Source: an uncultured bacterium (GTDB taxonomy: Bacteria > Arandabacterota > Arandabacteria > Arandabacterales > Arandabacteraceae). From it: a stretch of DNA of 64,000 nt. The stretch covers positions 2,974 to 66,973 of the forward strand of contig CAYHHI010000013.1 of NCBI GenBank assembly GCA_964356335.1, read 5' to 3'. Every line of letters begins with the position of its first letter. The stretch's first letter is position 1. Positions 55,983-64,000 of this stretch are shown piece by piece. A model generated the notes under the pieces. The model saw only the letters and a program-made list of their open reading frames with translations. It searched no databases and was not told where the DNA came from. Both the position numbers and the translations under genes were made by a program.

Positions 55983-56819
55983 CTATTCGAAGGTCCTTAC
56001 AAGTCTATCTATTGCCGCAACCTGGGACAAGAGCCAATGAACCCGCGAGAGGGGGAGCATGCTTGAGGAATCACACATGGCACGCCTGGGTTCAGGATGG
56101 GTTTCGAGGAAAAGGCCGTCCACACCGCATGCGACCGCAGCTCTTGCAAGATACGGAACATACTGAGGCTCGCCGCCTGCCGGATCACTTGAGGGAAAAC
56201 CATATACCCTCACGGCATGGGTCACATCAAAGATCACGGGGCACTCGAGCGACCTCATTATGGGAAGGGCTCTCATGTCAACCACAAGCCGCCGATAGCC
56301 AAAGCAGCTGCCTCGCTCGGTGAGGATGATGTTGGTGTTGCCCGTGCTTCTTATCTTCGAGACCACGGCCTTCATGTCCTCGGGAGCGACGAATTGCCCC
56401 TTCTTCACGTTCACGGCTCTGCCGGACCGGCCGACAACCAGGGCCAGCTCCGTCTGCTGGCTCAAATAAGCAGGTATCTGGATCACATCCAGCACTTCTC
56501 TAGCCTGCTCGACCTGCTCGCGGCAATGCACGTCCGAAAGCACGGGGATAGCGAGCCGGGATTTCACTTCGGCAAGAATGCGGAGCCCATCCTCGAGCCC
56601 CGGCCCCTTAAATCCCGATGCGCTCGACCTGTTGTCTTTCTCAAAAGACGATTTGAAAATGAAATTGAGACCGAGTTCCTGGGTCACAGACTTGAGATGG
56701 CCTGCCACCTCGAGACACGTGTCAAGATCCTCTATTACACAGGGACCTCCGATGACGGTGAATCTGTCCCCGCCGATTTCGAAATGGCCCAGTTTTACCT
56801 TAGACACCCCGGATTTCAC
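55983..56819 (-). CDS. kdsA: 2-dehydro-3-deoxyphosphooctonate aldolase (KDO8P synthase)
   Basis: 278 aa, DAHP-synthase-I-like TIM barrel, FKSSFDKANRSS-like motif. Confidence 0.9.
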   Translation of the reverse strand: MKSGVSKVKLGHFEIGGDRFTVIGGPCVIEDLDTCLEVAGHLKSVTQELGLNFIFKSSFEKDNRSSASGFKGPGLEDGLRILAEVKSRLAIPVLSDVHCREQVEQAREVLDVIQIPAYLSQQTELALVVGRSGRAVNVKKGQFVAPEDMKAVVSKIRSTGNTNIILTERGSCFGYRRLVVDMRALPIMRSLECPVIFDVTHAVRVYGFPSSDPAGGEPQYVPYLARAAVACGVDGLFLETHPEPRRAMCDSSSMLPLSRVHWLLSQVAAIDRLVRTFE

Positions 56820-58447
56820 GATATCCTTTCTGCGATCAGTCGGTTCTTGAGCTTATGGGCCTTGGCCGCACGAACGAACTCCCGGAAAAGGGGATGCGCC
56901 CTGGCGGGACGGGACCTGAGCTCGGGGTGGAACTGGCAGCCCACAAACCAGGGATGATTGGTTATCTCTACCATCTCCACCAGGCTGCCATCGGGCGAGG
57001 TGCCGCTCACCACGAGGCCTTTCTCCGTCATCACTTCCTTGAAAAGATTGTTGAACTCATATCTGTGCCTGTGCCTTTCGCTGATCACTCTGACTCCATA
57101 GGCGGCATAGGCGAACGTGCCTTCTTCAAGATGACATGGACAGGCACCCAGGCGCATGCTCCCCCCCATTCGTGCGATGGAACGCTGTTCAGCCATCAGG
57201 TCAATCACGGGATAGGCCGTCGCCGAATCGAATTCCGAGCTGTTCGCACCCTTAAGCTCGCACACGTTCCTGGCAAATTCTATCACCGCGCACTGCATCC
57301 CCAAGCAGATGCCGAAGAACGGTATCCGGTTTTCGCGCGCGTACCTGACGGCTTCGAACATACCGTCAGTTCCTCTCTCACCGAAGCCGCCCGGGATCAG
57401 TATACCATCGAAGCCGCGAAAGACACCCTCGGCAACCTGGGGCGTCACCCGTTCGGAGGCAACCCAGGTGGTCTCCACTCTGACGTCATTGGCGATTCCG
57501 GCGTGAATGAAGGCCTCATTTATACTCTTGTAGGCATCCTGGAGTTCGGTGTACTTGCCGACTATGGCAACACTCACCTGGCCGCCGGGGCGCTTTATCT
57601 TTTCAACCAAGGTCTTCCAATCGGTCAAGTCGGGCTCGGGACATGTGAGCCGGAGCATCGAGACCACATGTGCATCCAGGCCTCCCTCGTGAAATATCAG
57701 GGGCACCTGATACACGGATTCCACATCTTTCGCTTCTATGACGGCGTCCGTCCTGACGTTACAGAAAAGCGCCATCTTTTGGCGGGCATCCTCGCTGATA
57801 TGTCTCTCAGTACGACAGAGCAGTATATCAGCCTGGATCCCGATCTCCCTGAGCTCGCGCACGCTGTGCTGCGTGGGTTTGGTCTTGAGCTCCTTGGCCG
57901 CTTCGATGTAGGGAACGAGCGTAAGATGGACGAATACCGTGTTGTTCCGGCCCAGCTCTAACCTCATCTGCCTTATGGATTCCAGAAAAGGCAGGCTTTC
58001 TATGTCGCCGACGGTGCCGCCGATCTCACTGATGCAGACGTCAACCCCACGTGCTTCCCCGACTTTCATGATTCTCGATTTGATCTCATCGGTGACGTGC
58101 GGAATCACCTGGACCGTGCGGCCGAGATAGTCGCCCCTGCGCTCTCGCGCGATGATGGTATCGTAGATCTGTCCGGCGGTCACGTTGTGGTCGCGGGTCA
58201 AGTCTTCATCCAGAAACCTCTCATAGTGACCCAGATCAAGATCGGTCTCGGCGCCGTCATCGGTGACAAAGACCTCTCCATGTTGGAAGGGGCTCATCGT
58301 GCCGGGGTCAACATTGAGATAGGGATCGAACTTCTGAAGCGTGACCTTGAGGCCGCGTTTCTTCAATAACATCCCAAGCGAGGCCGATGCTATGCCCTTG
58401 CCCAGGGACGAGACCACACCGCCGGTGACGAACACATATTTGGCCAT
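56816..58447 (-). CDS. pyrG: CTP synthase
   Basis: [18 protein letters not shown] at the N-terminus and a glutamine amidotransferase C-terminus (GICLGMQ); 543 aa. Confidence 0.95.
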   Translation of the reverse strand: MAKYVFVTGGVVSSLGKGIASASLGMLLKKRGLKVTLQKFDPYLNVDPGTMSPFQHGEVFVTDDGAETDLDLGHYERFLDEDLTRDHNVTAGQIYDTIIARERRGDYLGRTVQVIPHVTDEIKSRIMKVGEARGVDVCISEIGGTVGDIESLPFLESIRQMRLELGRNNTVFVHLTLVPYIEAAKELKTKPTQHSVRELREIGIQADILLCRTERHISEDARQKMALFCNVRTDAVIEAKDVESVYQVPLIFHEGGLDAHVVSMLRLTCPEPDLTDWKTLVEKIKRPGGQVSVAIVGKYTELQDAYKSINEAFIHAGIANDVRVETTWVASERVTPQVAEGVFRGFDGILIPGGFGERGTDGMFEAVRYARENRIPFFGICLGMQCAVIEFARNVCELKGANSSEFDSATAYPVIDLMAEQRSIARMGGSMRLGACPCHLEEGTFAYAAYGVRVISERHRHRYEFNNLFKEVMTEKGLVVSGTSPDGSLVEMVEITNHPWFVGCQFHPELRSRPARAHPLFREFVRAAKAHKLKNRLIAERIS

Positions 58448-59214
58448 TATGCCGTGCCTCTAGTGCTGAGCAGATTCTCCACCTTCGCTATGTCTGCCGG
58501 GACGTCAACACAGGGGCTTCGGGAGTCGACAACCGCCACCTCTATCTTGATGCCGAGGAAGAGGGCCCTCAGCTGCTCCAGCGACTCCAATTCCTCGGTC
58601 TCGCAGGGTGGGGCCTGAGTGATCTCGAGCAATGCAGCGCGGCTGTATCCATAGGTGCCCACATGCCTGAAATACGTTGAGGCCTCAAGATCGATGTCGG
58701 CTCCCCTGTCAAGATACTTCTTCGGAAAGGGGATTGCATGTCTCGAAAAATACATGGCATGGCAATCCTTCGTCACGACCACCTTGACCACGTTCTGGTC
58801 GAAGAGCCCGCTCCTCGCCGCGATCCGTGTGACCAGTGTTGCCATGGGCGCGCCTTCAAGGAGCATCCCGGCGCACCTGTCGACCAGGCGAGGGTCTATC
58901 AGAGGCTCATCCCCCTGCACATTTATGTAATAAGGGGCTTCAAGGCGGCCCGCAACCTCAGCAACCCTGTCGGTGCCAGATCTGTGCTCCGCCGATGTCA
59001 TCATCACCTCGCCCCCGAAGACCTCCACAGCCCGTCTTATCCTCTCGTCGTCGGTGGCAACGATCACTCGCGAGAGCAGGTGAGCCCTGGATGTCATCTC
59101 ATGAACATGCTGGATCATGGGCTTGCCCGCAATCAGCGCAAGGGGCTTGCCGGGAAACCGCGTAGAACCGTACCTCGCGGGAATTACGCCTATGATTGGG
59201 CCCGTCTCAGGCAC
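58447..59214 (-). CDS. kdsB: 3-deoxy-manno-octulosonate cytidylyltransferase (CMP-Kdo synthetase)
   Basis: [18 protein letters not shown], 255 aa. Confidence 0.9.
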   Translation of the reverse strand: MPETGPIIGVIPARYGSTRFPGKPLALIAGKPMIQHVHEMTSRAHLLSRVIVATDDERIRRAVEVFGGEVMMTSAEHRSGTDRVAEVAGRLEAPYYINVQGDEPLIDPRLVDRCAGMLLEGAPMATLVTRIAARSGLFDQNVVKVVVTKDCHAMYFSRHAIPFPKKYLDRGADIDLEASTYFRHVGTYGYSRAALLEITQAPPCETEELESLEQLRALFLGIKIEVAVVDSRSPCVDVPADIAKVENLLSTRGTA

Positions 59215-59767
59215 TTATCTTGTAAGCCTCCTTACCCTTCTGGTAGAGGTCGTCACCAAACATATCTATGGCTACGATCAGGGGTAAGTCCTTCACTTCC
59301 ATGATCCTTATCGCCTCGGCACCTAGCTCCTGGTAGGCAATGACGTCAGACTTGGTTATCGACTTCGAGATCAGGGCGCCGGCGCCGCCGACCGCCGCAA
59401 AGTAAACCGCGCCGTGCTGCTTCATGGCCAGCTTCACCTGTTCGGAGCGAGGCCCCTTGCCTATCATACCTTTGAGGCCCTTGCTGATAAGAAGCGGAGC
59501 ATAGGCGTCCATTCGGCCCGACGTGGTGGGCCCTGCTGAACCCACTGCATAACCCGGTTTCGCGGGCGAAGGTCCCACATAATAGATGACCGCGCCTTCG
59601 AGATCAAACGGCAGCTTCTGGTTCTTATCGATCAGATCCACTATCCTCTTATGAGCTGCATCCCGTGCCGTATATATTGCACCGGTGAGCGTCACCTTAT
59701 CCCCTATCTTGAGGTCTTTGAGATCATCGTTGGTAAGCGGTGTGCTTAGGCTTTTGATCTTTGCCAT
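59207..59767 (-). CDS. class I (Fe-S) fumarate hydratase / tartrate dehydratase beta subunit
   Basis: 186 aa; GPSPAKPG and GKG motifs of the FumB/TtdB C-terminal-domain family. Confidence 0.8.
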   Translation of the reverse strand: MAKIKSLSTPLTNDDLKDLKIGDKVTLTGAIYTARDAAHKRIVDLIDKNQKLPFDLEGAVIYYVGPSPAKPGYAVGSAGPTTSGRMDAYAPLLISKGLKGMIGKGPRSEQVKLAMKQHGAVYFAAVGGAGALISKSITKSDVIAYQELGAEAIRIMEVKDLPLIVAIDMFGDDLYQKGKEAYKISA

Positions 59768-59785
59768 GTCGATCCTCCAGTGTCC

Positions 59786-60688
59786 CTATATCACTCTGTG
59801 TCCGTGCCTTGATGCATGACAGTTGATGTTAACGGCAGCCGGTAGGGAAGCAATATGACATGGATAGGTCTCGATGTGCACGTCTAGCGCCGTTACTCTT
59901 CCCCCGAGCCCCTGAGGCCCTATGCCAGTGGCATTCACGCGCCTCAGCAGTTCATCTTCGATCTCGGCGTAAAAGGGATCGGGATGGCGGCTCCCCAGCG
60001 GCCGCAGAAGCGCCTTCTTGGCAAGAAAAGCGCATTTCTCAAATGTGCCTCCTATGCCCACACCAACAACGATGGGGGGACACGGGTTTCCGCCGGAGGC
60101 CTCGACCCTTTCGACAACGAAATTCTTGACACCCTCTATACCATCAGAGGGCTTGAGCATCTTCACGCCACTCATGTTTTCGCTACCGCCGCCCTTCGGA
60201 GCCACGGTCACCCTGACCTTGTCCCCGGGCACGATGCTAAAGTGGACGACGGGAGGTGTGTTGTCGCCCGTATTGACGCGCCTTATCGGATCGGAGAGAA
60301 TTGACTTCCTCAAGAAACCCTCGGTATATCCTTTCCCCACACCGTCTGCGATCGCCTGATTGATGTCTCCCCCAACGAAATGCACATCTTGCCCGACGTC
60401 AAGGAAGATCACGGTGAAGCCGGTGTCCTGGCAAATCGGAATCCTCTCTTCCCGTGCGATGCGCGCATTATCGAGCAACATCGCAAGGATCTCCTTACCG
60501 GTCGGTGACTCCTCAACATCGATCATTTTCTTGATATAGGCAATCTCCTCATCGCCAAGAACCAAGTTTGTCGAAATCGAAAGATCCTTTACGGCATTGC
60601 TGACCAATTTGACGTCAACTTCCCGCACAGATTGACCTCCACTTGTTGGCCCTGGGCCTCTTGCCCCCAACTCAGAGCGCGTGTTCAA
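59786..60688 (-). CDS. class I (Fe-S) fumarate hydratase / tartrate dehydratase alpha subunit
   Basis: 300 aa; CQDTGFTVIFLDVG (Fe-S ligand region) typical of FumA/TtdA. Confidence 0.8.
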   Translation of the reverse strand: MNTRSELGARGPGPTSGGQSVREVDVKLVSNAVKDLSISTNLVLGDEEIAYIKKMIDVEESPTGKEILAMLLDNARIAREERIPICQDTGFTVIFLDVGQDVHFVGGDINQAIADGVGKGYTEGFLRKSILSDPIRRVNTGDNTPPVVHFSIVPGDKVRVTVAPKGGGSENMSGVKMLKPSDGIEGVKNFVVERVEASGGNPCPPIVVGVGIGGTFEKCAFLAKKALLRPLGSRHPDPFYAEIEDELLRRVNATGIGPQGLGGRVTALDVHIETYPCHIASLPAAVNINCHASRHGHRVI

Positions 60689-61325
60689 GCACGACTATCC
60701 GCTCACCGCAAAGATTCTCTTTCTTGATCTCGATCTCGGAGTTACCCGGTCTCTCATGGTTGCCTGCAAGCGACAGGAAATCCTCGACCGGCTTCACGGG
60801 AAAATTAAGGGACTCGGTTTTGAAGTGCATGGGAATCACGATGGAAGGCCGGAGCGATTTCATCACGGCAACGGCCTCCTTCGGGCCTATAGTGAAGAGC
60901 CCGCCGACAGGAATCAGCAAGACATCCACCTTGCCTATGGCGCTCACTTCTTCATCGGAAAGGGAATGCCCTAGGTCGCCCAGATGGGCAATCCTCAGCC
61001 CATCCATCTCGATCACGTGGACGATGTTCCGTCCTCTTTCCTTACCCTGTCGGGCGTCGTGGAAGGTCTTGACCCCGATCACTGAGATGCCTGCGGCGTC
61101 GTGTTTGCCCGACGTAGCGATCGTCTCGAAGCCTTCCGGGATGCCGTCAAGGCAGAAGTGATCATCGTGATCGTGGCTCACCGTCACGACGTCGACCTTC
61201 TCCTTGATGGGTCCATATCCGACTGCCCCATCGAAGCCGCCACTCTTGTAGGGATCGGTGAGAACCTTTGTTCCAGTATCAGAGGTCAAGACAAAAGACG
61301 CATGACCCAGCCATCTGATCTTCAT
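60672..61325 (-). CDS. MBL-fold metallo-hydrolase
   Basis: MKIRWLGHASFVL...VTVSHDHDDH (HxHxDH metallo-beta-lactamase motif); 217 aa. Confidence 0.75.
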   Translation of the reverse strand: MKIRWLGHASFVLTSDTGTKVLTDPYKSGGFDGAVGYGPIKEKVDVVTVSHDHDDHFCLDGIPEGFETIATSGKHDAAGISVIGVKTFHDARQGKERGRNIVHVIEMDGLRIAHLGDLGHSLSDEEVSAIGKVDVLLIPVGGLFTIGPKEAVAVMKSLRPSIVIPMHFKTESLNFPVKPVEDFLSLAGNHERPGNSEIEIKKENLCGERIVVLEHAL

Positions 61326-61374
61326 GCTTTCACTCCCTCGAAGGACCGGAACGTCAAAAGGTAAAACTAAAAAA

Positions 61375-61392
61375 CCGGAGACTATTCTCCGG
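61375..61392 (-). terminator. Rho-independent terminator of the rplU-rpmA operon
   Basis: CCGGAGA (61375-61381) / TCTCCGG (61386-61392) is a 7-bp stem with a 4-nt loop. On the minus strand it is followed by UUUUUUAGUUUU (forward A-run 61363-61374). It lies 32 nt after the rpmA stop. Confidence 0.6.
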
Positions 61393-61423
61393 CATCATTT
61401 ATGAAAAGATAAACGAGACTCGG

Positions 61424-61675
61424 CTAGGCGTAAACACTCACTCTCTTTTTCGTCTTTCCTTTTCGCTCGAAAGCGACCTTGCCACTTATAAGCGCAAAAA
61501 GGGTGTTATCCTTCCCCATTCCCACGTTCTCACCGGGAAGGATCTTGGTGCCTCGCTGCCTCATGATTATGGTTCCCGCATTTATCAACTGGCCTGCATA
61601 CCTCTTGACGCCCAGCCGTTGCGCATTGCTATCGCGCCCGTTGCGGGAGCTTCCAACACCCTTCTTGTGTGCCAT
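61424..61675 (-). CDS. rpmA: 50S ribosomal protein L27
   Basis: [29 protein letters not shown]... is the canonical L27 N-terminus (no Prp-type leader). Confidence 0.95.
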   Translation of the reverse strand: MAHKKGVGSSRNGRDSNAQRLGVKRYAGQLINAGTIIMRQRGTKILPGENVGMGKDNTLFALISGKVAFERKGKTKKRVSVYA

Positions 61676-61691
61676 GACCTAATGGACCTCC

Positions 61692-62003
61692 TCACCCAAC
61701 AATCTGCGAAATCTTCACTTCGGTGAAGGGCTGTCTGTGTCCCCTCTTCCTCCGGTAGAATTTTCGCCTTCTGTACTTGAAAATGATCTCCTTGTCAGCC
61801 TTACCGTGACTCACGACCGTGCCTATTACCTTTGCACCCTCAAGCGCAGGTGCCCCGACTTTGAAATCCCCGTCGGTCCTCACCGCGAACACGCGGTCAA
61901 AGGTCACCGTCGAGCCGACCTCGGCACGGAGCCGGGGAACGCGCACGGTCTCCTCAGGCGCAACCTTGAGCTGCCTGCCACCTACATCAATCACAGCGTA
62001 CAT
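61692..62003 (-). CDS. rplU: 50S ribosomal protein L21
   Basis: MYAVIDVGGRQLKVAPEETVRVPRL..., 103 aa. Confidence 0.95.
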   Translation of the reverse strand: MYAVIDVGGRQLKVAPEETVRVPRLRAEVGSTVTFDRVFAVRTDGDFKVGAPALEGAKVIGTVVSHGKADKEIIFKYRRRKFYRRKRGHRQPFTEVKISQIVG

Positions 62004-62048
62004 GTCTTTCTCCGATTTTCATCTCCGAGTGATGCTTTATAACCAGAC

Positions 62049-62077
62049 TATTTAACATGCCGGAGTGCTGGTGTCAA
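62049..62077 (-). promoter_or_regulatory. possible sigma-70-like promoter for rplU-rpmA
   Basis: The minus strand reads TTGACA-17 nt-TAAATA (forward 62072-62077 and 62049-62054), ~45 nt upstream of the rplU ATG. Confidence 0.3.
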
Positions 62078-62138
62078 GGCATATCTTGGCGGGCCTTGAG
62101 CGAACCTCGCTATCGGCGAAGGTGTGACAACAGCAAGC

Positions 62139-63683
62139 TCAGGCTTCAATCAGAGGCGACAGGTCCTCGCGCGTCCTGGATGAACGGATCACCGCGTCGG
62201 TGCGCCTCAGGCTGGCATCATCCTTGACGTCGATCTCGATCCCGAACTGCTTTTCCAGCCTCATTATGCGCCGCGATCTCTCCGAGAGCATATAGAAGGC
62301 AACTTCGGGGTTGAGGTAGACCTCAATGCGCTTCTCCGAACTCCTGGATTTGAGCCGTTTGAGCATCCTCTCTATGCGCATCTCCATCGACTCGAGTGAG
62401 AGCACCCTGCCCGAGCCGCCACAGTTGGAACAGGTTTCACTGAGGATCTGGCCGAGGCTCGGCCTCACCCGCTGGCGCGTCATTTCCACCAGGCCCATCT
62501 CGCTCACCCTGAGGGTCTTGGTGCGGGACCTGTCGCGCCTGAGGCCCGTCCTCAGCTCCTCCAAAACGCGTTTCCGGTTTTCCTCGAGCTGCATGTCTAT
62601 GAAATCGATCACGATGATGCCGCCCAGGTCCCTGAGCCTCAGCTGGTGGGCAATCTCACTTGCCGCCTGGACATTGGTCCTCAGAGCGGTCTCTTCCTGG
62701 TCGCGTGCGCCCCTGTATCTTCCAGTGTTGACGTCGATGGCGACCAGGGCCTCGGTGTGGTCGATCGAGATGAACCCACCCTTCTTCAAGGGGACTATCC
62801 TGCTCAAGATCTTTTCAGTCTCTTTCTCTATCTCATAGGCATCGAAGATGGGGGTGTCTTCCTTGTAGAGATGAACCCGGGACCGCAGGTTAGGTGCGGA
62901 AGAACGAAGATAGGAAAGGATCTCTTTGAATTCGCTCTTGGAATCCACAACGATTCTCGTGACATCGTCAGTGAATATGTCACGGACAAGTCTCGTTATT
63001 ATCTCGATATCTTTGTGAATCAGGCTGGGCGTCCTGGCCTTCTGGGTCCGCTTTGCGACCTTGTTCCAGAGCTTCATCAGGAACCTTATGTCGGAGGCAA
63101 ATTGCTTCTTGCCCATCCCGACGCCAGCCGTCCTCACTATGAGGCCCATATCGGCAGGCTTCAGGGGCAGGACGATTTCCTTAAGCCTGTGCCTTTCCTC
63201 TCTGTCATCGATCTTGCGGGAGATGCCCATGAGGCCGGCGTTGGGTAATAGCACCACGTACCTGCCTGGAAGCGAAATCTGGCTGCTCACCCTCGGCCCC
63301 TTGGTACCAATGGGTTCCTTGGTGAGCTGGACCAGGATTTGATCACCCTTGGAGAGCATCTGCTCAATAGCCAGGCCCTTTCCCCTCGCCGCAGGCTCCT
63401 GGGCTACCTCACTTTCCACATCGAATCTCTCCTCGATGCTTTCGAAATCCTTGATCTCACCGCCCATGTCTGAGACATGCAGGAAAGCGCTCTTCTCATG
63501 TCCGATATCAAGAAAAGCCGCCTGCATGCCAGGCAGCACCGCGGTCACCCTGGCCTTGTAAAGATCGCCCACCGAGACCCTCTCGCCTGAGCGCTCGACC
63601 ATGAACTCAACCAGTTCCCCATCTTCCTTGATGCCTATCCTGGTCTCATTCGGTTCGACGTTAATGACTATTTCTTTCTTCAC
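62139..63683 (-). CDS. rng: ribonuclease G/E family endoribonuclease (Rng-like, 514 aa)
   Basis: S1 domain at the N-terminus (GDLYKARVTAVLPGMQAAFLDIGHEKSAFLHV), a DNase-I-like catalytic region and a Zn-link CSNCGGSG. Confidence 0.85.
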   Translation of the reverse strand: MKKEIVINVEPNETRIGIKEDGELVEFMVERSGERVSVGDLYKARVTAVLPGMQAAFLDIGHEKSAFLHVSDMGGEIKDFESIEERFDVESEVAQEPAARGKGLAIEQMLSKGDQILVQLTKEPIGTKGPRVSSQISLPGRYVVLLPNAGLMGISRKIDDREERHRLKEIVLPLKPADMGLIVRTAGVGMGKKQFASDIRFLMKLWNKVAKRTQKARTPSLIHKDIEIITRLVRDIFTDDVTRIVVDSKSEFKEILSYLRSSAPNLRSRVHLYKEDTPIFDAYEIEKETEKILSRIVPLKKGGFISIDHTEALVAIDVNTGRYRGARDQEETALRTNVQAASEIAHQLRLRDLGGIIVIDFIDMQLEENRKRVLEELRTGLRRDRSRTKTLRVSEMGLVEMTRQRVRPSLGQILSETCSNCGGSGRVLSLESMEMRIERMLKRLKSRSSEKRIEVYLNPEVAFYMLSERSRRIMRLEKQFGIEIDVKDDASLRRTDAVIRSSRTREDLSPLIEA

Positions 63684-63686
63684 TTT

Positions 63687-64000
63687 TCAACCTCTCACAA
63701 CCTCACCAAAAGGAGAATAGAGGACGCCCTCTTTCTCCAGGTAAAGGCCCTTTCTTATCACCTTGAAGGGTTTAGCCGCTTGCCTCAGGACTCGCTCAAT
63801 TATCTTTTCGGGCGCCCCCCCGTCAAGCTTCAATCTCGCCAAAAGCTCCAGGTAACCCTCACCACCAGCCAACCCTTGCTCGATCTTTAAGAGGCCTGCC
63901 TCAGAGAAAGCATGCCTCATGGAATCCCCAAGAGCAAGCACTGTTTGAGGGTCGCATTCCCAGACAAGGACCCTGTATTCCGCAGCATTGAGAAACGCCA
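63687..64000 (-). CDS. C-terminal part of a hypothetical protein running off the right edge (possibly a DUF2344/TIGR03936-like protein, given its rng-rplU-rpmA context)
   Basis: The frame stays open to position 64000 (…AFLNAAEYRVLVWECDPQTVLALGDSMRHAFSEAGLLKIEQG…VVRG*). The family assignment is from context only. Confidence 0.35.
   Translation of the reverse strand, partial: AFLNAAEYRVLVWECDPQTVLALGDSMRHAFSEAGLLKIEQGLAGGEGYLELLARLKLDGGAPEKIIERVLRQAAKPFKVIRKGLYLEKEGVLYSPFGEVVRG

Noticed and set aside
1-64000. CRISPR arrays, IS elements, integrases, tRNA/rRNA genes
   Set aside because: I found no direct-repeat/spacer periodicity, transposase/integrase-like ORFs, tRNA T-loop/acceptor patterns or rRNA-like conserved blocks on either strand.

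Overview
This is a roughly 58-60% GC, gene-dense segment of a Gram-negative-type bacterial chromosome (LPS/Kdo genes are present). About 90% of it is coding and nearly all genes lie on the minus strand. I found no rRNA, tRNA, CRISPR arrays or obvious mobile elements. It contains three conserved housekeeping blocks. Block 1 is rimP-nusA-ylxR-infB-DUF503-rbfA-nrnA-truB-ribF-rpsO-pnp-M16 peptidase-dut. Block 2 is kdsB-pyrG-kdsA-kdsC-kdsD-lpxL-lptC-lptB-rpoN-lipA-hpf-hprK-ptsH-ptsI. Block 3 is rng-rplU-rpmA. Accessory content includes recD2, moeA, a Tat-motif AmmeMemoRadiSam-type radical SAM enzyme next to a Tat-motif DUF362 protein, pdaD, asnS, a UbiA prenyltransferase, a NodB deacetylase, lptF/lptG, ahcY, metK, an archaeal-type PGI/PMI with a sugar nucleotidyltransferase, a split class I fumarase and an MBL hydrolase. 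The main things I would follow up are: (i) a sigma-54 module, with rpoN, a 1027-aa TPR-GAF sigma-54 enhancer-binding protein, and three intergenic -24/-12 promoter matches (YGGCAC-N5-TTGC) correctly oriented upstream of an RpoS/RpoD-like sigma factor gene, a 1884-aa outer-membrane giant protein gene and an Ig-NptA-PhoU transporter gene; (ii) the giant secreted beta-barrel protein itself; (iii) a DksA/TraR zinc-finger protein fused to a histone-H1-like basic tail; (iv) the adjacent Tat-signal radical SAM and DUF362 proteins. All calls are from reading the sequence and ORF translations by eye; no database searches were run.
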